64,000 nucleotides of DNA from Octopus bimaculoides. Taxonomy: Eukaryota. The stretch covers positions 41,254,234 through 41,318,233 of the forward strand of contig NC_068989.1 in NCBI RefSeq assembly GCF_001194135.2, read 5' to 3'. Position numbers and translations under genes: made by a program. Shown piece after piece: positions 25,687 through 37,030 of this stretch (its first letter is position 1; each line of letters starts with the position of its first letter). A model generated the notes under the pieces. The model was not told where the DNA came from. It was given only the letters and a program-made list of their open reading frames with translations, and did no database searches.

Positions 25687-26259
25687 TTAACAGCAGCAGC
25701 AGCAATAATTGTTTCTTTAATTTACCACAAAGGTGACAAATGGGGCGACATCACAAAGAGGAAAGACAAAAGGGTAGTTACAAATAATGATAATAATAAT
25801 GATGATGATGATGATAATAATAATAATAATGTTCAAACAAAGAGCTGCAAAAATAAAAAGAATAAAATAAATCAACCAAAAAGAGTTTGTAAAAAGGAAA
25901 CACAGAACTGATCAACAAGATGTATTTGTTAATAAGGAAGTTAAAAAAAAAAACAAGAAAATATGTATTTTAAGAATAAACAAAGAAAGAAAATGTAAAG
26001 GAAACATTCATTATAATAATGTCGTTACCTGGTGGCATATTTATCATTTGGTAATTAAATATAAATTGATGTAATCACATGAAATAATGTATCAGTAATT
26101 ATTAATTAAGAAACTGTGTTCACTTTTAATTAGTTCTATCTCAATTATTTCAATTAACCCACTGTACATTTTGCTGAGGCATACTTCAAGGAAAAGGTCT
26201 GAGGTTGTTCTTATAAATAACTGCATAATAGAGAATATAGAAATACTGAACTCACTCAC

Positions 26260-26305
26260 CCTTGATTTCAATTCACTGGTCTGGTTTTTGAGATTTTTAC
26301 TTTCA
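26260..26305 (-). CDS. Short coding exon, start of a probable coiled coil (H)ESKNLKNQTSELKSR
   Basis: Acceptor ttgtttattttcag|T, donor AGG|GTGAGT. 46 nt, phase 2-0, in frame with exon 27104. Confidence 0.75.
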
Positions 26306-26554
26306 CTGAAAATAAACAAATTAATTAATTAATTAATTAATACATGCATAATTGATAGCAGTAGTATAAAAATGTCTCTGGGCAGTTTGCTACAAATCTT
26401 ACTAAGATTAACATTTTATATATATCATCATCATCATCTTCTAATACCAGTTTTCCAGACTTTGTTGAAGCAGATTTTCTATGGCTGGATGTCCTTTCCT
26501 ATTGCTAAACCTTATCTGTAGATATTTAACATTATTACTGGAATAATGTGAAGA

Positions 26555-26890
26555 TGCATGACTCAGTGGTTAGAGCATTGGACTCACAATCATGAGATAG
26601 TGAGTTCAATTCTCAGACTAGGCTTTGTGTTGTATTCTTGAGCAAGACACTTTTATTTCACATTGCTCCAGTTCACTCAAATGTAGAAATGAGTTGTAAT
26701 GTCACTAATGCCAAGCTGTTTCGGCCATTGCTTTTGCTTTGGATAACACCAGTGGTGTGGAGAGGGGAAGTTGGTATGCATGGGAGACTGCTGGTCTTTC
26801 ATAAACAACTTTGCTTGGACTTGTGCCTCAAAGGTTAACTTTCTAGGTGCAATACCATAGTCATTCATGACAGAAGGGGATCTTTACCCA
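26555..26890 (+). mobile_element. tRNA-derived CORE-like SINE (family 4)
   Basis: gactcagtggttagagcattggact..gagttcaattc head, then ttgagcaagacactt..gctccagttcactca core-like segment. Copies at 32696-33005 (+), 45370-45710 (-), 51500-51750 (-) and 63140-63310 (+). Confidence 0.75.
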
Positions 26891-27103
26891 TTACTAAAAT
26901 AACCATGAAATTTAATTTTGCAGTTAAAGGGTTAAGGATAAAAGATGGCATTTTATGCCTTTACATAGACTAATTATAGTTTATGTTGTTATAAAGGCAC
27001 AAGTCCTTTCACTACTCTGGTGGTTGGCCATGTTTGCTATATCACTCCCCTACTACAGAGATTGGCTTTGCTCTTAATGGAAAGGAGTAAATTATTTACT
27101 TAC

Positions 27104-27253
27104 TGAAGGAAGCCAGCAGACTGAGGTTCATAAACTTCAGCTTCACTAGGAATTTCACTGCGTACCACAACCATCCTTAACCAGTCACAGTTCTTTGTTG
27201 CTTGTTTCAAGTCGTTTTCATTGCATATGTATACACCATTTACTTCGAGTATC
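27104..27253 (-). CDS. Coding exon, C-terminal half of the PDZ domain (R)ILEVNGVYICNENDLKQATKNCDWLRMVVVRSEIPSEAEVYEPQSAGFL
   Basis: Not in the ORF track; translated by hand. Acceptor catgaag|G (weak tract), donor CA|GTAAGT. 150 nt, phase 2-2. The splice creates the canonical PDZ GDRILEVNG and ends in the LRMVVVR beta strand. Confidence 0.9.
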
Positions 27254-27663
27254 CTTCATGTTTTGGAATCCAGACATCACAGCAAATTTAAGTAAATTAA
27301 AAAAATAAACAGAAAAAGGCAAGATAGTTATTGGAAAACTAACAACAATAAAAATACAACAATTGGATTCTTCTGTTTTTAATTTCTTTTTTTTTTTCTC
27401 TTTTTTTCTTCCTTCAAAATATATTTCCAACATAAAAAAAATACTATTAACTATTCAGCTCAACAAGGTTTCCAGAAATCAAAAGAAAATTTACTTCAAA
27501 CATAAAATAGGAAAATTAAAAGAAAAAGAAAAAGGTAAAGCAAGAAAACATGATAAGAAACAATATAGAAATCTCTTTTACAGACCGTCATGCGAACTTT
27601 ACAGTAAATATGCAACAAATGTTTTAAGATAGAAAGAACCAGTTAAATGGAGATTGAGTCTAC

Positions 27664-27842
27664 CTGTCTCCTGGATTGATTTCAAGGCCTCGAGCCTCAT
27701 TAATCAGCACATGTCCCTGCTCAGTGGTTTCCACATTAAACTCAAAGTGTGAGTTTTCTGGTCGGCTCACGTCGATGCAGCACACTTCTTTTCTCTTCTC
27801 AAGGCTGAGGAGTTCATACAGTGACACCTGGCGAGCCACGCA
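27664..27842 (-). CDS. Coding exon, N-terminal half of a PDZ domain (CVARQVSLYELLSLEKRKEVCCIDVSRPENSHFEFNVETTEQGHVLINEARGLEINPGD)
   Basis: Acceptor aaaacag|TGC (an alternative in-frame cag|GTG lies 15 nt further in), donor AG|GTAGAC. 179 nt, phase 0-2. Ends in GD-R, which the next exon completes as the PDZ motif GDRILEVNG. Confidence 0.85.
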
Positions 27843-28714
27843 CTGTTTTGTGGTGGTAGGGGAACACAACCATCAAAATCTGTCTGCACTTTTACATACT
27901 AATTAGCACACAAAAGTAATTTTTATCGTTATTATTATCATTATTATGATTAGCTTCTTCATGATAGTTTTTTTTTAATGCTTTTTTTTTCTTCCTCTTT
28001 GTTATGATTATCGTTATTTATTCGAAACAGAAACAATAGAGAAATTAAAGAAAGTAGCAAAAAAAAAACCCATCTAATTAGCAACACAAAGAATTCCGGA
28101 GAGAATAATAAAAGCGCGTTACAATAAGTTTGGTAACTTTTTTCTATTTTTCTTTTCTCAATAAAGAGAGGTTTTTAAATGGCACCAAATCAAATTAAAA
28201 ATACTCTAACAATATAAGTTCAAGCAAAGAAGAATATTTTGCTTCGTATTATGCATAAAAACCAAATCTACATACAAACGATTGAAGTGAAAAGAAGCTT
28301 AGAAAAGCAAACTGAAGTTAAATTATATCAATTTAAAAAATTATTTACAGTTAACTGATCAAATAAGCCTGGTAAAAAAATTTATTTGGAAAAAAAAAAT
28401 TAAATTTCATGGTTTTGAAGGTATTCTGTTCATAATTAATGTTGTTAATTTGTAAATCTGAATTGTTTTGTTTTTTTTGTATTTTTAGTGTTAATTTTGG
28501 TCCATGTTCTTAATTAGATATAAGCTGTCATGCATGAATGACACACAGTTTGATCAAAGAATTTTGAGATTTTTATAAGCTAAGTCATCAATTCATGTAG
28601 AATCTGGAAATATTCCTCCAGTTAATTTAGTATTAATGCTCTTGAAGCAATCCATTCTTGGTGCAATCCATTACTGATTCTAATGAGAATTAATATTTAC
28701 AGCTTTTATCATTT

Positions 28715-29077
28715 TTTACTTGTTTCAGTCATTAGACTGTGGCCATGCTGGGCACCACCTTGAAGAATTTTTAGTTGAATGAATTGACCTCAGTACTTTC
28801 TCTATCGGTTTCATTTAGCGAACTGCTAAGTTACAGGGATGCAAACACACCAACATCAGTTGTCAAGCAGTAGGAGACAAACTGAGATACAAAGACACAC
28901 ACATAGATATAAATATATATATATGATTGACTTCTTTCAATTTCCGTCTACCAAATCCAATTAGAAGGCTGTGGTCACCTTGAGGTTATAATAGAAGACA
29001 CTTGCCCAAGGTACCACACAATGAGACTGAACCCAGAACCATGTGGTTGGGAAGCAAGCTTCTTATCACACAGAGCT
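28715..29077 (-). mobile_element. tRNA-derived SINE, family 1 (diverged)
   Basis: ttttacttgtttcagtcatt..ggccatgctgg ... gaaccatgtggttgggaagcaagcttcttatcacacag. Confidence 0.8.
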
Positions 29078-29849
29078 ACTCCTTTAAAATCCCTTTTACT
29101 TTTCAGCAAGAGAATAGTTTTGTTCTAAATACTGGACATTGAATATATTAATGACTTTGATCCATTATTGATTTCTAATACTGGCACAAGTCCAAAAGTT
29201 TCCTCATCATCTTTCAATGGCCATAACCATTTCATTACACCCGGAATTGCTGACCCCTTTCAGTTTCAGCTGGTCCTTGATTTTATGTAAGTTTCTGATA
29301 CTAACATCAGTAAAGTTAAATAGTCTTCTACTAGGATATGGAAGTCTCAAAAATATAACATCTAGTATTCAGCATGATAACAGTGGCCAGCAAAACTACC
29401 CTGCATTGAGCAGTAATGGGAGCAATGGACAGCATGTGCCCATAAATTATTTCTTTGGTCTTGTGCTCATTCCACGAGAAATTTTGAATCCACATGAGAA
29501 ACCTGAAAGACATACCATCAGGGCAGGCTTGAAACTAGTGAAACCCTAGAATTCCCTAGTGATGTATTCAGAGTCCAAATTTTGGCTCCAGGAAAAGAAG
29601 AATGCTCCCTACAAGAATGCTCCCTACACATGCCCTTAAGAAGGCAAGCCTTGTTGACTCTATGATTATATGATTGCCAGATGTTGTGAAGCTTGTTACA
29701 GGCACTCCAGGTTCATACCTTGCATGCCAAGAAGTCTTTCTTACTATCATCAATATAGGACTAAAAGTTATAGGAAGGGCACAGTTGAGTAAATCAACCC
29801 CAGTACTAGACATGGACTATATTTTATCAATTCACCCCACCACTACCAG

Positions 29850-30340
29850 AAAGATAAAAAGCCAAATTGACCTCAACAGGATTTGAACCCAGAATGCAAA
29901 AAGCTTTTATACATTAATAATTTGATATTCAATTAAATTGTAGTCATACACAAAGAATAATAAAATACTATTATTTTTTGTGTATGACTACAATTTTATA
30001 CCTTTACATAGACTAATTATAGTTTATGCTGTTATAAAGGCACAAGTCCTTTCACTACTCTGGTGGTTGGCCATGTTTGCTATATCACTCCCCTACTACA
30101 GAGATTGGCTTTGTTCTTAATGGAAAGGAGTAAATTATTTACTTACTGAAGGAAGCCAGCAGACTGAGGTTCATAAACTTCAGCTTCACTAGGAATTTCA
30201 CTGCGTTTCACAAGAATAATAATATATTATTATTCTTTCTGTATGACTACAATTTAATTGAATATCAAATTATTAATGTATAAAAGCTTTTTGCATTCTG
30301 GGTTCAAATCCTGTTGAGGTCAATTTGGCTTTTTATCTTT
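29850..30340. repeat. ~100-bp perfect inverted repeat enclosing a 214-bp copy of 26950-27163
   Basis: 29850-29950 is the reverse complement of 30240-30340. 29993-30206 matches 26950-27163 with 3 mismatches by eye. Confidence 0.95.
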
Positions 30341-30420
30341 AAGAATTTATTTAGACACACTTTCTTGAATTCTATGGAGTGCGAACAATGTGATTTACGT
30401 TACCTGCTTGAAGATTATAA

Positions 30421-30467
<47 letters not shown>

Positions 30468-30515
30468 TGTGTGTGTGTGTGCTGGTGTAAGTGAATGGCT
30501 ATGCATGTAACTTAC

Positions 30516-30570
30516 CCGCGAGACTTCACTACTACCCCAGTCATTAGCAAATGAAGACATAGAGCAAGAC
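30516..30570 (-). CDS. Internal coding exon (E)SCSMSSFANDWGSSEVSR
   Basis: Acceptor ttttttatttacttatgcag|G, donor CGG|GTAAGT. 55 nt, phase 2-0, exactly bridging the phase-2 end of exon 39090 and the phase-0 start of exon 27842. Confidence 0.8.
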
Positions 30571-31524
30571 CTGCATAAGTAAATAAAAAAAGACAATGTT
30601 GTTATAACAGTATACCCAGTGATGTCTTCACAATATTATTTGTGACATATTTGGTAATCTTTATTAATAGTCTATCAAGAAAATATCAATAATTATATTC
30701 ACTGGTGCATAAGATGCACTTCTGTATTTGAAAATAAATAAAAAAATTACATTGTCTAATGCAGTCATATTATGGATAGGAGACTAAGAATCGTAGCTTA
30801 AGGAGATGAATGAGCCTAAGTCTACTAGGCCCAAAAATTGTTACTTATAATAAAATATTGGTTTCAAATTTTGGCACAAGGCCAGCAATTTTAGGGGAGG
30901 GGTCAATTGATTACATCGATTCCAGTGTTCAAATAGTACTTATTTTATTGGCCATGACAGGATAAAAGGTAAAGTCGACCCCGATGGAATTTGAACTCAG
31001 AATGTAAAGACAGATGAAATACCACTAAGCATTTTGCCCAGTATGCTATACTTATAATGAAATATTGAAAACAAATCAAAATATCACAGTCTGTTACCAC
31101 AAACTTGGAAAAGATTGCTTAAGGTTATGTCAGCAATTTTGTGGAGAGGTCACATTGTTTCAATATACCTCCTCTCTCAGCATACATAATCTACACCTGG
31201 TATGTGTTTTAATTAATTTAATGACTGGGTTACAATTAAGAAACAGTTATTATCTAAATCAGTGGTTGTTAACCAGGGTCCAGAGGGCTCTTGGGTGTGA
31301 ACAGGGAGTCCATATTTTGTCGATAAAATTTATGTGCAATAAATCAGTTATACTCCTACAGTCACCATCACCATCGTTTAACATCTGTCTTCCATGCATG
31401 AGTAGGATGGTTGACAGGAGCCAGCCAGGTAGAAGACTACCTCAGGTTACCGTGTCTGTTTTGGCAGGGTTTTTACAGCTGGATGCCCTTCCTAATACCA
31501 ACCACCCTGCAGTGTAGACTCAAT

Positions 31525-31564
<40 letters not shown>

Positions 31565-31737
31565 TCTTTTACTTGTTTCAGTCATTTGACTGCGGCCATT
31601 CAGGAGCACCGCCTTTAGTCAAAGAAATTGACCCCAGGACTTATTCTTTGTAAGCATAGTACTTATTCTATCGGTTTCTTTTGCCAAACTGCTAAGTGAT
31701 GGGGATGTGAACACACATACATATATATATATATATA

Positions 31738-31990
31738 TCATCATCATCATTTAACGTTCCATGCTAGCATGGGTTGGACGATTTGACTGAGGACTGGTGA
31801 ACCAGATGGCTACACCAGGCTCCAATCTGATTTGGCAGAGTTTCTACAGCTGGATGCCCTTCCTAANNNNNNNNNNTGATTTGGCAGAGTTTCTACAGCT
31901 GGATGCCCTTCCTAACACCAACCACTCTGAGAGTGTAGTGGGTGCTTTTACGTGCCACCGGCATGAAGGCCAGTCAGGCAGTACTGGCAA
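31738..31990 (-). mobile_element. 3' end of the RTE-type LINE, inserted in the internal TA microsatellite of a SINE
   Basis: (CAT)n-ttaacgttccatgctagcatgggttggacg..., flanked on both sides by catatacatata-type sequence of the SINE. Confidence 0.75.
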
Positions 31991-33585
31991 CATATACATA
32001 TATACGTCGGGCTTCTTTCAGTTTCCGTCTACCCAATCCACTCACAAGGCTTTGGTCAGCCCGAAGCTATAGTAGAAGACATTTGCCCAAGGTGCCACGC
32101 AGTGGGACTGAANNNNNNNNNNATAGTAGAAGACATTTGCCCAAGGTGCCACGCAGTGGGACTGAACACAGAACCATGTGGTTGGAAAGCAAGCTACTTA
32201 CCACACAGCCACTCCTGCGCCTATATAAAATATTAAATTTTTTTTTAATACAATTCCTAATAATATTTAATTATAGAAATACAGTAGGATGGTTTGTGTT
32301 TTTTCAAATGGTTATGTAGGTCCAAAGGACTAAAATAGGAAGCAAAGGGGTGTATAGGCAAAAAATAGTTGAGAACCACAGATCTAAATGAAAAAGTCTC
32401 CTAGAAAGACAAAAGACATGTTAAAAAACTTTCATACACTTGACAGCTATTTTCAGTGACTGAATGAGAACAAAACTATAGTGATGATGGACCATCCTCA
32501 TGATGGGTCACATTTATACAAAACTTTACAGCAAGAAATAAGTTTCACACCTGCACGGCAATTCTTTTAACCAAAATATAAATAACCATACAATTGAACT
32601 GAAACAAGAGAAAGCTAAGATATGGTAGTCCCATCATACGGCTTTTTTTTAAGATAAATTTATGGTTTCCTACTTTATACCTGTATATATAATTATCATG
32701 ACTCAGTGGTTAGAACATTGGACTTAGAATTGTGAGGTCATGAGTTCAATTGCCAGATCTGGTTGTGTGTTGTGTTCTTAAGCAAGACACTTTATTTCAT
32801 GTTGCTCCAGTTCACTCAGCTATAGAAATGAGTTGTGAAGTCACTGGTGCCAAGCTGTATCGGCTTTTGCCTTTCCCTTGGACAACAATGGTAGCATGGA
32901 GAGGGGAGACTGCTATGCATGGGCAACTGCTAGCCTTCCACAAACAACCTCACCCAGGATTGTGCCTTGGAGGTGCAAACCCATGGTCATTCATGACCAA
33001 AGGGATCTTAATATATCGCAATATTGTTGTTACATGCACAAAATCAGACAGTCTTCCCCACAAAACCATGTCAAAATATCTTCCAATATGTAAATGAAAC
33101 ATACTAAATTTGCTTCTTTCCACAAAATACCCTTCTAAAATAGGAGTACATCTTTTGCAAGAATGCATCTTGTGCTGTACATCAGCATATGCAGTAATTA
33201 AGACAAAGATTAGTACACATTTCAGTCACACAAAATCATTTATTAGTCATGAAGTTTCAACAAAAACTGGAGCCCTGAGGTCACTTGCACCTCATTCTTC
33301 ACAATAACATCAATTAACTCAAATGCAGGGCCTTCCTTTAATTCTACTTAAATTTCAGTGGATGACAACTGGATGTTAGATGAAGTATTATAATTTCTTT
33401 TTTTTTTTTGCTATATGTCAGACTTTATAGATCTTGCAAGTGAGAGGTATAAATAGTTTCAACCAAACTTTTCTTTATTTTGTTTTATTTAATCAATTTT
33501 CAAACCTTTTTCTTTTCCCATAGTTCAGTAAGAAGTACACTTCTTCTATTTCAATTAACTTTCAATAGAACTTTGTCATTATTAA

Positions 33586-33797
33586 CCCTTTAGCATTTAA
33601 ACTGGCCATATCTGACCCAAATATTCTTGTTCTATGGTCAACCAGCCATATCTGGCTTCTCACACCTACCTTACAATGTCATTCTAAAAAGAAACAATCA
33701 CGTCATCAAAATCTCAAAGCTATGAGTTAAAGCATGATTAATTTAAAACAATGTGAATAAGTATTACAGTTGACAATAAAATCTGAATGCTAAAGGT
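33586..33797. mobile_element. TTAA-specific MITE family A
   Basis: ttaa|ccctttagcattt ... ctgaatgctaaaggt; colinear with the 47677 copy. Confidence 0.8.
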
Positions 33798-34919
33798 TTA
33801 AAATGCTGTTTGGAACATAAATTAACATGAAATTTGATGGAAGGTTAAAAATTTATTATCCAACCATCTCATTCTCGGTCTACTCCTAGGCCTCCTACCA
33901 GGTGGCTTGGTTTGAAGGATTCATCTTGTCATTTTATCCTTCAACATTCTATTTACATGACCATAGTACCAGGGCTGTGACTTCTCAATGCAGAAAAGTA
34001 GCAGACACTTTGGAGAGACACTTTGATCTCCAAGCTATGCACCTTGTTGAATAACATTACACCAGAGATGGTTGGATAATATCCATAGTCTCAGTTGGGT
34101 ATTCTTAGGAATCCATCCAGGAAGTTTAATAACAGTTGCTTCTGATAGGACCATTAGAGGAGTTACCTGAGGACTCTACTCTAAAAACCTATCCAGAAAT
34201 AGTTGGAGAAGACAGATAAATGGGTGGATGGATGGATGGACAGACAGACAGATAAATGAATGGATGCATGGATGGATGGATGGTTGGTTGGTCAGTCATA
34301 AATTTAGGTCACTTTAAACAATAAGCCAGTATCATACAACCTGGACTTGGTATCAAAACGGTTGAAATAGTGCAATTAGTGCTAATTAGGAAAATGGAAT
34401 CTCAACCAACAAAGATGAAGTAAGGACATAAAGAACTGGATAAGATCGACTCTGGTGTAATATAAGTCTGCAACATGGGACCACAGTGGCATGAGGGGTG
34501 AGATCTCAGACTATGCCTATCGTGCAGGACAGTCATTCGTTCATATTTGGGTAACTTCTTGTACTACTGCCACTGCTACTTCTGCCACTTGTTAGTACTA
34601 CAACTATTCCTTCTACTACTATAACTACTACCACCACCACCACTGCCACCTCTACTGATAGTCACACTACTACTGCAACGCACCAAAGAAGACATGGGTG
34701 AAACAAACTGAAGAAGACCTGAAGTCATAGCGCCTTGACGTCAAGCATGAATAAGGCCAACACCATGGATCGGAAAGCAGGGAATAACATCATTACCAGA
34801 GTCCATCAATCAGCAGCACCCATAGCAGTGTATTAGTTGAGGGGACAGCCTCCACCCTTGGTCACCAGCTTGGGATTTTACTAACTTACTTACTACTGCA
34901 TCAGCTATTACAACTGGCA

Positions 34920-35300
34920 ATACTACTGCCACTTGTTACTACAACTACTGCAGGTGCTACTACAGCTTCTACTATTACTGCTGCTTACTACTACTACTAC
35001 TACTACTACTAGTACTACTACTACTACTACTACTGCTACTACTACTACTAATACTACTACTACTACTATTGGTGGTGGTGTATCTAATATGAGTGTTTTT
35101 GTATCAAATACAAGTGTGGATTGATAGAGTGACACAAACAATAGCATCTGCTACCACCTTCACTACTCCTGCTGCCATCACATCTACCACCACCACCACT
35201 ATCACCACCACCACCACTATCACCACCACCACCACCATCATCCTCATAACAACTACTACTACTGCTACTACTACTGCTACTACTACTACTACTACTACTT
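34920..35300. repeat. (ACT)n/(ACC)n trinucleotide tracts
   Basis: Directly visible; source of poly-T/V/S ORFs. Confidence 0.9.
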
Positions 35301-36539
35301 GAATTGCTTGCCAAGTCTTTTATGATTATTTTGGCGATTGTCCAGATAAACTTAACCAAGTCAACACCTCAGTTTCAATTTCCAACTTTAGCAACTTCCT
35401 CATCACACGTACCCACACCTCACATATTCCCACCCAGCCACACCCATTCAACCCCACCACCAACTTTGTGATTCATCTATGAATCTCAGAACTGTCTTTT
35501 TTTTCTACAGAGATGGCAAAAAACCTGTATATCACCTCTTCTTGTCATTTCGATAACATCAATTAAAGTGACAAGCAGGCAGAATCATTAGCACGCCAAG
35601 CTAAATGCTTAGCGGCATTTTATCTGTCATTATGTTCTGAGTTCAAATTCCACCAAGGTCAACTATGCTTTTTATTCTTTCAGGGATGATAAAATGAGTA
35701 CAAGATGAGCACTGAGGTTGAAGTAATCAACTTAAATCCTCACCTCATCTTACTGGTCTTGTGTGGCCTTGTACAGCCATTATTATGACAGCAATTAAAG
35801 TGGCAAGATGGCAGAATCATTAGCACATTGGACAAAATGCTTAGCAGCATTTTGTCAGTCTTTATGTTCTGAGTTCAAATTCTACTGAGGTTGACTTCGC
35901 CTTTCACCCTTTCAGAGTCGATAAAATAAATATCAGTTGAGCATTGGGCTCAATGTAATCAACTAGCTCCCTCCTCTGAACCTCTGGCTTTATACCAAAA
36001 GTAGAAGCTATTATTATAACATCAATTATATTCACAACAAGAACATCAGTTGCTGCAGCAGAATGACAGAAACAGCTGAAGCACCACACTAAATGCTTCA
36101 CTGTATTTAGTCCTTTCCTTTTATAATCTCAGCTCAAATTTCATCAAAGGTGACTTTACTATTCAAATAAATAAAGTGAACAGGGATCTTCATGAGATTC
36201 AACAATGAGGATTCAGTTGCTTGATCTTCTAGATTACCTGCTCTTGAATTAGCACATAAGTGGTGGAATATTCCACAGACATGTGTACCATTAATGTAAC
36301 CCTCAAGTATAATCACTGTGACACAGTGTGCAACTGACAAGGATGTACGTTTGAATTACGGGTACAATTCATCTGACAGGCTTCTGCACAGTTTCCATCA
36401 ACCCAATTTCACTCAAGAAGCTTGAGTCAACCTGTAGTAAAGATGAAAGGTCTGAAGTAAATCTCAAGGTGCCATGCAGTGGGACTGAACCTGAGACCTT
36501 ATGCAGTGAACTTCATAAATATTCAATCAGGCTGCATGC

Positions 36540-37030
36540 AAATCAAGATTCTAAAACACATAAAATGCCATCAGTCTTGTACGAGAGTTAATAAAGATCT
36601 GGACCAGCTCATAGATTAGTTGCCATATGAAGATCCTATTGTACCAGAGCATTGACCTGTCAACAGTAGTCTATGCAGGAGAAACTTGAAAATGACTACA
36701 TTCCATCAATGGTGTTTATGCAGAATACACTTGATCACCTACAGGGATATAATTGCAAACACTGAAGTCCTGAGAAGAGCCAATCAGCACAGCTTGCAGG
36801 AGATTGTGGCAAAAAAAAAAAAGAGACTTGCAAGTCATGTTTTCCAACTACCAGAAGAATGAATACTGAAGACAGTTACACAATGGATGAAGAAAGAGAG
36901 GAAGACATGGCTCGCTATCTTCAAAGAAGATCTGAAGCAACTTAGTATCACCTAGGAAGATGCAAGCAGCTATACTCAAAGTGAGATTATTGGAGATGTC
37001 TAGCTGACCAATGTACAAGCCAACTATAAG
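36540..37030 (+). mobile_element. Old RTE-like LINE C-terminal remnant
   Basis: Hand translation ITYRDIIANTEVLRRANQHSLQEIVAKKKKRLASHVFQLPEE*...RKTWLAIFKEDLK matches the RTE C-terminal pattern tNeEVLrra...rw.GHv.R....W...i..Dl. Confidence 0.65.
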
